Assembly (NCBI GenBank): GCA_052033375.1
Contig: JBPOJQ010000008.1
Coordinates: 1,185-65,184 of the forward strand
Origin: Candidatus Magasanikiibacteriota bacterium
Lineage (GTDB): Bacteria > Patescibacteriota > Patescibacteriia > Magasanikbacterales > UBA922
Direction of reading: 5' to 3'
Length of the DNA: 64,000 nucleotides
In this document: piece by piece, positions 27,316-36,123 of the stretch
Layout: each line of letters starts with the position of its first letter
Numbering within the stretch: the stretch's first letter is position 1
Notes under the pieces: generated by a model
Told to the model about the DNA's origin: nothing
What the model saw: the letters and a program-made list of their open reading frames with translations, nothing else
Database searches by the model: none
Made by a program: the position numbers and the translations under genes

Positions 27316-28953
27316 ATGAAAGCATCAGAATTATTCGTCAAAGCACTAGAACATGAAGGGGTGGAATATGTGTTTGGTATTCCTGGGGAAGAGAATTTGG
27401 ATTTTTTAGAAGCACTTAGTCATTCATCGATAAAACTTATTGTTACGCGCCACGAACAGAGCGCAGGGTTTATGGCAGCTACGTACGGGAGGCTAACTGG
27501 AAAAGTGGGGGTGTGTCTTTCAACCCTTGGTCCGGGAGCCACCAATCTGGTCACCGCAGCAGCATACGCGCAATTGGGTGCAATGCCCATGCTCATGATT
27601 ACCGGACAAAAGCCGATTAAGAAAAGCAAACAGGGACATTTCCAAATTGTCGATATAGTACAGATGATGCGACCTCTCACGAAATTCACCAAGCAAATCG
27701 TACATGCGGAAAATATTCCAGCGCGTGTCCGGGAAAGCTTTAGGATCGCGGTAGAAGAGCGTCCGGGTGCGGTACATCTCGAATTACCAGAAGATATTGC
27801 TGCAGAAGAAGTCGGAAATATAGAATTATTTGAAATAAATCAGGTGAGGCGTCCGGCAGCAGAAGACAAAGCTGTCATGCGTGCGGTCAAAATGATTGAA
27901 GAATCAAAACACCCCTTGATTTTAGTTGGAGCCGGGGCAAATCGAAAATTAGTGAGTAAATCGCTTGTGCGATTTATTGAAAAAACAAATATTCCATTTT
28001 TTACCACCCAAATGGGAAAAGGAGTAATTGATGAATCGCATCCGATGTATCTTGGGTGCGCGGCACTTTCAGCAAATGATTATCTGCACTGCGTGACTGA
28101 TCGCGCTGATTTGATTATCAATGTGGGGCATGATGTTGTCGAGAAACCGCCTTTTTTTATGAACAAAGAACAGAAAGTTATTCATGTGAATTTTTGTTCA
28201 GCACATGTTGATGCAGTGTATTTTCCACAATGGGAAGTAATAGGCGACATTGGAAATGCTCTCTGGCAAATAGCTGAGCGTATCACTCCACAAAATTGGG
28301 ATACGAGTTATGCGTTCAAAGTAAAATCAGAATTGTTCCAAAAAATGGATAGTGAGATGAATGAAATCTCTTTTCCATTAAAACCTCAATCAATTGTAAA
28401 AACGGTTCGAGACGTGTTGCCACGAGATGGAATACTGTCCCTCGATAATGGAATGTATAAATTGTGGTTTGCGCGGTACTTTCCTGCATACGAAAGAAAT
28501 ACGATACTCCTCGATAATGCGCTTGCGACTATGGGGGCGGGATTACCTGGTGGAATTGCAGCAAAACTCGTGAATCCAGAAAAAAAAGTCATTGTCGTTG
28601 CAGGAGATGGGGGATTTATGATGAATTCTCAGGAATTAGAAACAGCACTTCGACTCAGACTCGATCTGGTTATCCTTATTCTGAATGATAATGGATATGG
28701 TATGATCAAGTGGAAACAAGAAAGTCAGAAGATGACTGATTTTGGATTAAGCGTTGGCAATCCTGACTTTGTAAAATATGCTGAGAGCTATGGCGCACAT
28801 GGATATCGAGTTTCTGAATCAGAATCTGTGCGTTCACTATTAGAAAAAACGATTTCCATACCAGGAGTTCATGTGATTGAAATCCCGATTGATTATAGTG
28901 AAAATTACAAAGTGTTTACGAAAGAGTTACAGGATAAAGTGTGTCCTGTGTAG
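27316..28953 (+). CDS. Thiamine-pyrophosphate-dependent acetolactate-synthase-like enzyme
   Basis: N-terminal TPP-pyrimidine domain (VFGIPGEENLDFLEAL), central FAD-like domain, C-terminal GDG...NDNGYGMI; substrate specificity not resolvable. Confidence 0.75.
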   Translation: MKASELFVKALEHEGVEYVFGIPGEENLDFLEALSHSSIKLIVTRHEQSAGFMAATYGRLTGKVGVCLSTLGPGATNLVTAAAYAQLGAMPMLMITGQKPIKKSKQGHFQIVDIVQMMRPLTKFTKQIVHAENIPARVRESFRIAVEERPGAVHLELPEDIAAEEVGNIELFEINQVRRPAAEDKAVMRAVKMIEESKHPLILVGAGANRKLVSKSLVRFIEKTNIPFFTTQMGKGVIDESHPMYLGCAALSANDYLHCVTDRADLIINVGHDVVEKPPFFMNKEQKVIHVNFCSAHVDAVYFPQWEVIGDIGNALWQIAERITPQNWDTSYAFKVKSELFQKMDSEMNEISFPLKPQSIVKTVRDVLPRDGILSLDNGMYKLWFARYFPAYERNTILLDNALATMGAGLPGGIAAKLVNPEKKVIVVAGDGGFMMNSQELETALRLRLDLVILILNDNGYGMIKWKQESQKMTDFGLSVGNPDFVKYAESYGAHGYRVSESESVRSLLEKTISIPGVHVIEIPIDYSENYKVFTKELQDKVCPV

Positions 28954-28960
28954 TATCCGT

Positions 28961-29081
28961 GTCATTTCGAGTGAGGAGTGCAACCGACGATTCGAGGAAT
29001 CCCTTGTGTAAAGCAAGACTGGCTTAATGCAAGGGATTCCTCGACTCCACTACGCTACTGCTTCGTTTTGCTCGGAATGAC
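28961..29081. repeat. Nested palindromic element, copy 1 (GTCATTYCGAG...CTCGGAATGAC)
   Basis: Outer near-inverted repeat GTCATTTCGAG/CTCGGAATGAC enclosing perfect 14-bp CGAGGAATCCCTTG (28993-29006) / CAAGGGATTCCTCG (29030-29043); intergenic. Confidence 0.6.
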
Positions 29082-29095
29082 AAATACCAAATACT

Positions 29096-30460
29096 ATGCC
29101 CATAATCTCCCACAATCCAGCACTAGGTAAGGATATTCAAAAATTCGAAGAGCTGACAGATGAACAAGTGCAGAAAAAAATTGCACAGGCGCAATCTGCT
29201 TTTGGTGTATATAAAAAATTGCCGATAGAAAAAAGAAGTGAGATGTTGAAGAGAGTTGCAGCGCATCTTCGGGAAAACAAAGTAACATACGGAACACTGA
29301 TTACTGAAGAAATTGGCCGACCACTCGCTCCGTCTATTGCTGAGATTGAAAAATGTGCACTTACTTGTGAGTATTATGCAGAACATGGCCCTGAGATGCT
29401 CCAGCGCGAAATGGTTGCAACTGACGCGAAAGAAAGTTATGTGTCACTCGAGCCACTAGGAATTGTATTTGCAGTGATGCCATGGAATTTTCCATTCTGG
29501 CAAGTGCTTCGGTTTGCTGCGCCTGCACTCATTGCTGGAAATGTTGGTCTACTTAAACACGCTTCAAATGTACCTCGATGTGCCGAAGCAATTGAAAAAA
29601 TATTTATCGAATGTGGATATGGCGAAGGAATATTTCAGAATTTGTTTGTAAGCGGTGGACGCACCGAGATCATTATCCGCGACCCACGGGTCAGAGCTGT
29701 CACGCTGACGGGAAGTGAATGGGCGGGTAGAAAAGTGGCAGAAATTGCAGGAGATGAGATAAAACCTGCAGTTTTAGAGCTTGGCGGGAGCGATGCATTT
29801 ATCGTGCTTGCTAGTGCGGATATAGAACAAGCTGCAAAAATTGGTGCTGCTGCTCGGCTCCAAAATTGCGGACAGAGCTGTATTGCAGCAAAGCGATTTA
29901 TTATTGAAGAATCGGTATACGATAGATTTTTGGAATTATTTACCGCTGAATTCAAAAACTATATTCCGGATGATCCGACGAAAGAAGGTGTATTGATTGG
30001 TCCGATTGCGTCACAATCAGGATTGGAGGAGGTGGAAAAGCAAATAGTGTCATCAGTTGAAAAAGGAGCACGAGTGGTGATTGGAGGAAGTAAAATACAA
30101 AAGCCAGGGTATTTTTATATGCCTACTATTTTGACTGGAGTGAAATCAGGAATGCCTGCATATAACGAAGAAATTTTTGGGCCAGTCGCGTCGGTTATCA
30201 AAGTAAGAGATGAGGTCGAAGCAATCAGCGTTGCAAATGATTCGCCCTTTGGGTTGGGGAGTTCTTTGTGGTCAAATGATCGAGAACAGGTCGAGCGATT
30301 GATACCGCAAATCGAAGCTGGATGCGTATTTGTAAATTCAATGGTAAAATCAGACCCACGACTTCCGTTCGGTGGAATAAAAAAGTCAGGAATAGGGCGC
30401 GAACTTTCATATTTTGGACTTCGGGAGTTTGTAAATGTAAAAACTGTTTCAATTCAATAA
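29096..30460 (+). CDS. NAD(P)-dependent aldehyde dehydrogenase (succinate-semialdehyde dehydrogenase-like)
   Basis: ALDH fold with catalytic LELGGSDA (Glu) and NCGQSCIAAKRF (Cys). Confidence 0.8.
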   Translation: MPIISHNPALGKDIQKFEELTDEQVQKKIAQAQSAFGVYKKLPIEKRSEMLKRVAAHLRENKVTYGTLITEEIGRPLAPSIAEIEKCALTCEYYAEHGPEMLQREMVATDAKESYVSLEPLGIVFAVMPWNFPFWQVLRFAAPALIAGNVGLLKHASNVPRCAEAIEKIFIECGYGEGIFQNLFVSGGRTEIIIRDPRVRAVTLTGSEWAGRKVAEIAGDEIKPAVLELGGSDAFIVLASADIEQAAKIGAAARLQNCGQSCIAAKRFIIEESVYDRFLELFTAEFKNYIPDDPTKEGVLIGPIASQSGLEEVEKQIVSSVEKGARVVIGGSKIQKPGYFYMPTILTGVKSGMPAYNEEIFGPVASVIKVRDEVEAISVANDSPFGLGSSLWSNDREQVERLIPQIEAGCVFVNSMVKSDPRLPFGGIKKSGIGRELSYFGLREFVNVKTVSIQ

Positions 30461-30568
30461 AAAGTTGTATAATAGAACACGGATTGGACAAATCGTACGG
30501 AATAAAGACAGAATAAATTCTGCACTAATTCTGTGAGATTCTGTCTGATCCGTGTTCTATTTTAAGAT

Positions 30569-32452
30569 ATGCAAACTGATTACAAACAACTCGCACAAAT
30601 ATGTGCCAAATCCTGCCGCAAGTCTATTCTCGAAATGACTGCACATGCGGGCAGTGGGCATCCGGGTGGATCACTGTCGTCAATTGATTATCTATCAGCG
30701 CTCTATACATCTATAATCTCACACACAGGTGAGCCGGTGTTTATTTCAAATGGCCATATCTCACCGGCTGTATATTCAGTGTTGGCTGAAATGGGGTGGG
30801 TATCAAAAAAAGAAGCAATCGAAGGATTTAGAAAATATGGCTCCAAGTTCGAAGGACATGTGACTCGTCATGTACCTGGTGTGTGGTATGGCACGGGACC
30901 GCTTGGTATTGGTCTCAGTGTTGCATGTGGTACTGCATTGGGTTATAAAATAAAAAAAGATACGCGTCGTGTATTTGCACTTATTGGTGATGGAGAAGGG
31001 AATGAAGGGCAAATATATGAAGCCATGAATGTTGCACACAAATACAAATTGGATAATTTGATTGTTGCAATGGATTACAATCGAGTACAGCTCTCTGACT
31101 CGACTGAGTCTATTATGCCATACAATCCGGTTGAGTTCTTCAAAGCGGCAGGATGGAATGTGCTCGAAATTGACGGACATGCGTATGATGATATTTTTGA
31201 AGCCCTTGAAATAGCACAAAATCAAAATGGATATCCCACCTTTATTTGTGCAAGTACAATTATGGGTAAGGGTGTAGATTTTATGGAAAGCGAAGGAATA
31301 AAGCATAAAGCTACGTGGCACGGTAAAGCTCCGAGTAATGAACAAATTGTTGATGCAGTTACGAAACTAACGCTGAGTAGCGAAGAGGAAAAAATACTTA
31401 AAAAATTTAGAAAAGAGATTAGGGTAACGCCTAAAATTTTTGAATCAGTGAAGCTCGGTGACGTACTCAATGTGAGAGCAGGAAAAGCAAAATTATATAC
31501 GACTGATACACTCACTGATTGTAGAAGTGCATATGGGGCAGCTCTAGTTGATTTGGCAAAAGCAAATAAGAATATCGTAGCGCTCACTGCAGATCTCGGA
31601 GGATCGGTAAAAACTGATGGAATACACCACGCATTTCCCAACCGTCATATCGAATGTGGTGTAGCTGAACAGTTCATGGTTTCTGCGTCAGCCGGGCTTG
31701 AGATTGCTGGATTTGTACCATTTTGTTCCACATTCGGTGTATTTATGACGAGCCGTGCAAAAGATCAGGCTCGGGTAAATGATATCAATGAGGCCAATGT
31801 GAAGATGGTCGCGACTCATTGCGGTCTCTCTGTCGGAGAAGATGGTCCGACACATCAGGCAATCGATGATTCGGCATCAGTTGTCGGCTTTTTCAATACG
31901 ATGCAATTGGAACCCGCAGATCCGAATCATTGTGACAGACTCGTCCGATTTGCCGCGACACATCAGGGCAATGTGTATCTACGTATGGGGAGACATAAAA
32001 TCCCCGTGCTCACGACTGGATCGGGAAAGCCATTTTTTGATGAAAAATATGTGTATACCTATGGAAAGACTGATATTCTCCGTAAAGGTGAATCAATTAC
32101 AGTTATCGCAATGGGTGGGGTAGTAAGTGAAGCGCTGCATGCGTGGGAATTGCTCAAATCCCAAGGAATTTCAGTTGAAATTATGATTGCTAGCTCGATC
32201 AAAGCATATGATGAGACTGTTTTTGACTCAATCAAAAAAACAGGCAAGGTGCTAACAGTTGAGGATCATAATCCGTATTCAGGATTAGGCGGAATGCTGG
32301 CTCGAGAATGCGCTATGCGTGGGGTAACACATCATATGTTTGAAATGCTCGGAGTCACTACTTACCAACTTTCAGGAACCGCGGAAGAATTGTATCGTGC
32401 GGCAGGTATTGATTCATCTGCTATTGTTGCAAAAGTAAGAAGTATGATATAA
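30569..32452 (+). CDS. tkt: Transketolase
   Basis: N-terminal TPP motif (GSGHPGGSLS...GDGEGNEGQIYEA), pyrimidine-binding middle and C-terminal domains in a single 627-aa chain. Confidence 0.9.
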   Translation: MQTDYKQLAQICAKSCRKSILEMTAHAGSGHPGGSLSSIDYLSALYTSIISHTGEPVFISNGHISPAVYSVLAEMGWVSKKEAIEGFRKYGSKFEGHVTRHVPGVWYGTGPLGIGLSVACGTALGYKIKKDTRRVFALIGDGEGNEGQIYEAMNVAHKYKLDNLIVAMDYNRVQLSDSTESIMPYNPVEFFKAAGWNVLEIDGHAYDDIFEALEIAQNQNGYPTFICASTIMGKGVDFMESEGIKHKATWHGKAPSNEQIVDAVTKLTLSSEEEKILKKFRKEIRVTPKIFESVKLGDVLNVRAGKAKLYTTDTLTDCRSAYGAALVDLAKANKNIVALTADLGGSVKTDGIHHAFPNRHIECGVAEQFMVSASAGLEIAGFVPFCSTFGVFMTSRAKDQARVNDINEANVKMVATHCGLSVGEDGPTHQAIDDSASVVGFFNTMQLEPADPNHCDRLVRFAATHQGNVYLRMGRHKIPVLTTGSGKPFFDEKYVYTYGKTDILRKGESITVIAMGGVVSEALHAWELLKSQGISVEIMIASSIKAYDETVFDSIKKTGKVLTVEDHNPYSGLGGMLARECAMRGVTHHMFEMLGVTTYQLSGTAEELYRAAGIDSSAIVAKVRSMI

Positions 32453-32504
32453 TTATGCGTAATGTAATCATTGTGTCGCGTATATACCTACACTAACAAT
32501 TACA

Positions 32505-33041
32505 ATTCCAACAATAAATGAATGGAAAGAGCTTCGAGCGCTTCGCCTTGAAGCTCTCAAAAAAGAACCTCATGCATTTAAAAAAAGTTATGCAGATGAA
32601 GTGACTGTGAATAGTAGACAATGGCAAGAGAGAATTAATCAATCATGTGAACCTCATTCACATGATTTTTTTATTGTGGCGAAAATAGACAATAATAGTA
32701 TCGGTATTGTAGGTGCTGAAAAAAAATCAGACACTATCTGGACTCTAAAGGAGGTATACGTACGGGATAAGTATCGTGGACAAGGTATTGGTCGGCGACT
32801 ACTCGAAGCAATTATCTGGAAACTCGATCATCAATACAGTGCTCAGATAATCGAACTCAGAGTAAATACGAGACAGGAGGCAGCGATTAATTTATATAAA
32901 AAATGTGGTTTTAGTATTGTTTCTACGATTGAAAATCAGGAGTCAGGCGATGGTAATCGATATACCAAATTTAACATGTGTCGGAAACGTAGTAGGGTAC
33001 ACGTACAATCTCTCGAGCAGAAAGCTTTTTTGACAAAATAA
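32505..33041 (+). CDS. GNAT family N-acetyltransferase (start uncertain)
   Basis: CoA-binding RGQGIGRRLL; conserved N-terminal block WKELRALRLEALKKEPHAF lies in frame upstream of first ATG (32601), open back to a stop at 32460 with no ATG/GTG/TTG; ATT at 32505 is the nearest possible start. Confidence 0.5.
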   Translation: MPTINEWKELRALRLEALKKEPHAFKKSYADEVTVNSRQWQERINQSCEPHSHDFFIVAKIDNNSIGIVGAEKKSDTIWTLKEVYVRDKYRGQGIGRRLLEAIIWKLDHQYSAQIIELRVNTRQEAAINLYKKCGFSIVSTIENQESGDGNRYTKFNMCRKRSRVHVQSLEQKAFLTK

Positions 33042-33094
33042 TGAGACTAGGGTTTTATATCCCAGGGTTCTCAACACCGTGGAAGGAGCACAAG

Positions 33095-33340
33095 ATGGAA
33101 CCGAGATTCGAAGAAGATCGTGGAGTTCTCATCGTCGGCGGACAGAGGTACGTTCTCACGACGAAGACGGATAAGAAGGTCCAACGCCTCCTCAAGAGGC
33201 TCGCTCGGCGTGGTGACATCACCCCGGAAGACGAGAAGAGGCTGAGGAGGGAGATGAGACTGCGCTTCAAGCAGATGGTCGAGGAAGCGAGGGTGGCCTT
33301 CTACGCCGAAGCGCGCAAGCGGGGTAGTCTGGCCCCGTAG
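33095..33340 (+). CDS. Small basic hypothetical protein in high-GC islet (D)
   Basis: GGAAGGAG SD 8 nt upstream of ATG 33095 (MEPRFEED...); Arg/Lys/Glu-rich helical protein. Confidence 0.35.
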   Translation: MEPRFEEDRGVLIVGGQRYVLTTKTDKKVQRLLKRLARRGDITPEDEKRLRREMRLRFKQMVEEARVAFYAEARKRGSLAP

Positions 33341-33441
33341 CGTCGGGTCGACTTCTTCATTTCCGTCAAAGCCTACAAAGGTTCTCGTTGCGGGTAGCAT
33401 GGCAATCGAAAATATTGCTGTGCTATCCGCCCCTTGCTTTT

Positions 33442-34674
33442 TTATATAGTGTGGGTATGTAGAGGGGAATTATTTTTTTTAATCGCTGGTTTTTTTGTGC
33501 TGTAATATCGAGTAGCAATAAATGTTGTAATCGGCACTGCAATAATAAGTGTGATACTACCAATCAGCATACGAATGACTTCTTCCATAATAATTTCACT
33601 ATTCAAGGTGACCCATGCAGGGCGCTCATAAATTTTGAATAATAGAATCAATGGGAGTGATGCCCCAGTGTATGCGAGGACCAGGGTATTCACTAGTGAT
33701 AAGATATGTTCGCGCCCGACGAGTGATGCACGATGATATAGCTCTCGTCCGCTCAATTCTGGATTAGCATGATAAATCTGTTCTACCACTGCAGTCTGTG
33801 CTGTCGTGATATCATCGAGAATACCGAGTACACCGATGATAATACCACCAAGCAAGAGACCACGTAGATTGATGATCGCGCCGGGTGCAAATTGGAGATA
33901 GAATGCTTCCTCGCTCCCCATTCCAAAAAGATGAGTAAATGTAACAAAAAAATACGAAATACCCAGTGCAATAGAGATAGAGAGAAGTGTGCCGAGAAGT
34001 GCGAGCGATGTACGTGCCTGAAATCCGTGTGCGATGTAGAGTGAAGTTGCGGCAATGATGCTCGTACCGATAAGACTTATTAGGAGCGGGTTTCCTCCCT
34101 GTATGATGTGTGGCACAATATACCATCCGATGACAAAAAAACTGATCAATAATCCTACAAATGCTCTAAAGCCGTGAAATTTCGTGAGTAGAAGAGTCAC
34201 TAGTAGAAAAATACCGAATACAATCCAGAGTGCATCGAGACGGTACATGTCGCTGATATAATATTGTGCTTCTCCTGCAATCGTACTTTTTCCAATGATG
34301 ATGAGATCGCCTACATCCAATTGCCAGCCACCGGTATTTTTTCTGAGGATTTCATTGGCTACGATTACTTTCTTTCCATCTTCTGGACCCGAAATAATTT
34401 CAGCCTCGAGTTCTTGGGTGAGAATATACTCACCGTCTGTGTACCCAGGCTGTTCTGTCTCAGTGACAACTCGAATAATTTTTCCGCGGTAGAATTCATC
34501 AGTCACCTCGACAGGTCCCTCGAGTGCAGACTCATCAGATTCAGGGAATGAAAAAGAAGTGTCAGTCTCGATTGATTCCCCGACAGAACCAGAAAGTGGT
34601 GTTTGCGCAAAAGCGAATTGCGGAATGGAGGAAAAAAATATAATGAGAAGCAATATACTGATACGTCGATACAT
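33442..34674 (-). CDS. YibE/F-family integral membrane protein
   Basis: Signal peptide, ~150-aa extracytoplasmic domain, ~8 TM helices with Gly-rich loops. Confidence 0.65.
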   Translation of the reverse strand: MYRRISILLLIIFFSSIPQFAFAQTPLSGSVGESIETDTSFSFPESDESALEGPVEVTDEFYRGKIIRVVTETEQPGYTDGEYILTQELEAEIISGPEDGKKVIVANEILRKNTGGWQLDVGDLIIIGKSTIAGEAQYYISDMYRLDALWIVFGIFLLVTLLLTKFHGFRAFVGLLISFFVIGWYIVPHIIQGGNPLLISLIGTSIIAATSLYIAHGFQARTSLALLGTLLSISIALGISYFFVTFTHLFGMGSEEAFYLQFAPGAIINLRGLLLGGIIIGVLGILDDITTAQTAVVEQIYHANPELSGRELYHRASLVGREHILSLVNTLVLAYTGASLPLILLFKIYERPAWVTLNSEIIMEEVIRMLIGSITLIIAVPITTFIATRYYSTKKPAIKKNNSPLHTHTI

Positions 34675-34814
34675 ATGGGGTATGGGATTAAAACTCTAGA
34701 GTAGTATAGACCATATAGTAGAGAAAAGAAAATATAGGGGGATGTGTGGTGATTTTGTGTTTTCATAGTGTATAGGCTATACTATTTCTACTATTCTTAA
34801 AACCGTGTCGAACT

Positions 34815-35396
34815 ATGAAAAAAGTATTAATCGGGGTGGGGGTACTGGTAGTATTATTTGGACTGTTTATCTGGTGGGGAACCACGCTCGAAGATACGCC
34901 ACAGTCGACAACTACTGAGCAAAAAGCACCGGAAGTAACTCAAAAAAGTATACAGAATTTTACGTCGGATAAAGGAAATTTTTCTATTTATTTCGAAGGA
35001 TCTCCAGAATACACACTCGAACCGCTCACATTGGAAAGTGGCGAATCTTTTCCAGCGCATCTGTATCAATATCAGGATGCTGATGGTAGCGTCTGGCAAG
35101 TATTTTTCACTGAATATCCAGAAAAAGCAGTATTGGCTTCAAATGATGTAGATTCATTGCTAAACACAATCAAAGGTACCGAAGGGTCGATTGGTGGAAA
35201 ATTGATATCGACAAATGTCACTTCGTATCAGGGATATACTGCAATTGATTACGAAATGTATGTCGAAGCAGACAAATATTATTTCAAAGGAAGAAATGTG
35301 CTCAATGGACGAAAACTCTATTCAGTGGCGTATATTCATGGAGAGGGAAAGACAGGAGATTATCAAAAATTCTTTGATTCATTGTTGATTAAATAA
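34815..35396 (+). CDS. Membrane-anchored secreted protein, tandem paralog 1
   Basis: N-terminal anchor MKKVLIGVGVLVVLFGLFIWWG; shares a DKGNFS..YF...PEYT...WQVFFTEYP...YYFKGRN.L.GRKLYSV.YI core with downstream paralog. Confidence 0.55.
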   Translation: MKKVLIGVGVLVVLFGLFIWWGTTLEDTPQSTTTEQKAPEVTQKSIQNFTSDKGNFSIYFEGSPEYTLEPLTLESGESFPAHLYQYQDADGSVWQVFFTEYPEKAVLASNDVDSLLNTIKGTEGSIGGKLISTNVTSYQGYTAIDYEMYVEADKYYFKGRNVLNGRKLYSVAYIHGEGKTGDYQKFFDSLLIK

Positions 35397-35433
35397 CTAT
35401 ATTAATTTGTTTACTTATTAGTATTGGAATACT

Positions 35434-36009
35434 ATGAAAAAAGTATTAATCGGGGTGGGGGTAGTGCTCGTGTTATTTGTATTATTTATCTGGTGGGGGA
35501 GTACTATTGAGGATACGCCGGAATCGAACAATTCTGGGACGATGGATACAGCGCCCGTCACTACTCAGGACTTCACTTCGGATAAAGGAAATTTCTCAGT
35601 ATATTTCGGAGGAGCTCCTGAATACACCCCAGGTACACTCTCACTGAAGAATGGGGATTCATTTGCGACACATCTCTATCAGCACCGCGCAGAGGATGGT
35701 AGTGTCTGGCAAGTATTTTTTACTGAATATCCGAAGAGTGCTGATCTATCCAATGAGGAAAACTTTTTGTTGAATAGTATCAAAGGAACCGAAAGTTCAA
35801 TCAATGGAAAAATTGTATCGAGTAATAGTACAAAATATCAGGGATTGCCTGCCATTGACTATCTGATCTATCTCGAGAATGAAAAATATTATTTCAAGGG
35901 TAGAAATATTCTCGATGGACGAAAACTTTATTCAGTCGTATATATCTACGATGATGGAAAAGAAGTTTCTTCTGAAAAGTTTTTCAGCTCATTCAAGATA
36001 CTCAAGTAG
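35434..36009 (+). CDS. Membrane-anchored secreted protein, tandem paralog 2
   Basis: First 27 nt identical to paralog 1; about 55% identity overall by eye. Confidence 0.55.
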   Translation: MKKVLIGVGVVLVLFVLFIWWGSTIEDTPESNNSGTMDTAPVTTQDFTSDKGNFSVYFGGAPEYTPGTLSLKNGDSFATHLYQHRAEDGSVWQVFFTEYPKSADLSNEENFLLNSIKGTESSINGKIVSSNSTKYQGLPAIDYLIYLENEKYYFKGRNILDGRKLYSVVYIYDDGKEVSSEKFFSSFKILK

Positions 36010-36123
36010 CTTTCATTGAAACAAAAAAATCCCTGCCGGAAGAGCGGGGATTTTTTGTATCAGATAATCGTCGATTGATGTTGCGTATTCGGAATCTGTA
36101 TCTGGTGCACTAGTCTGAATAGT

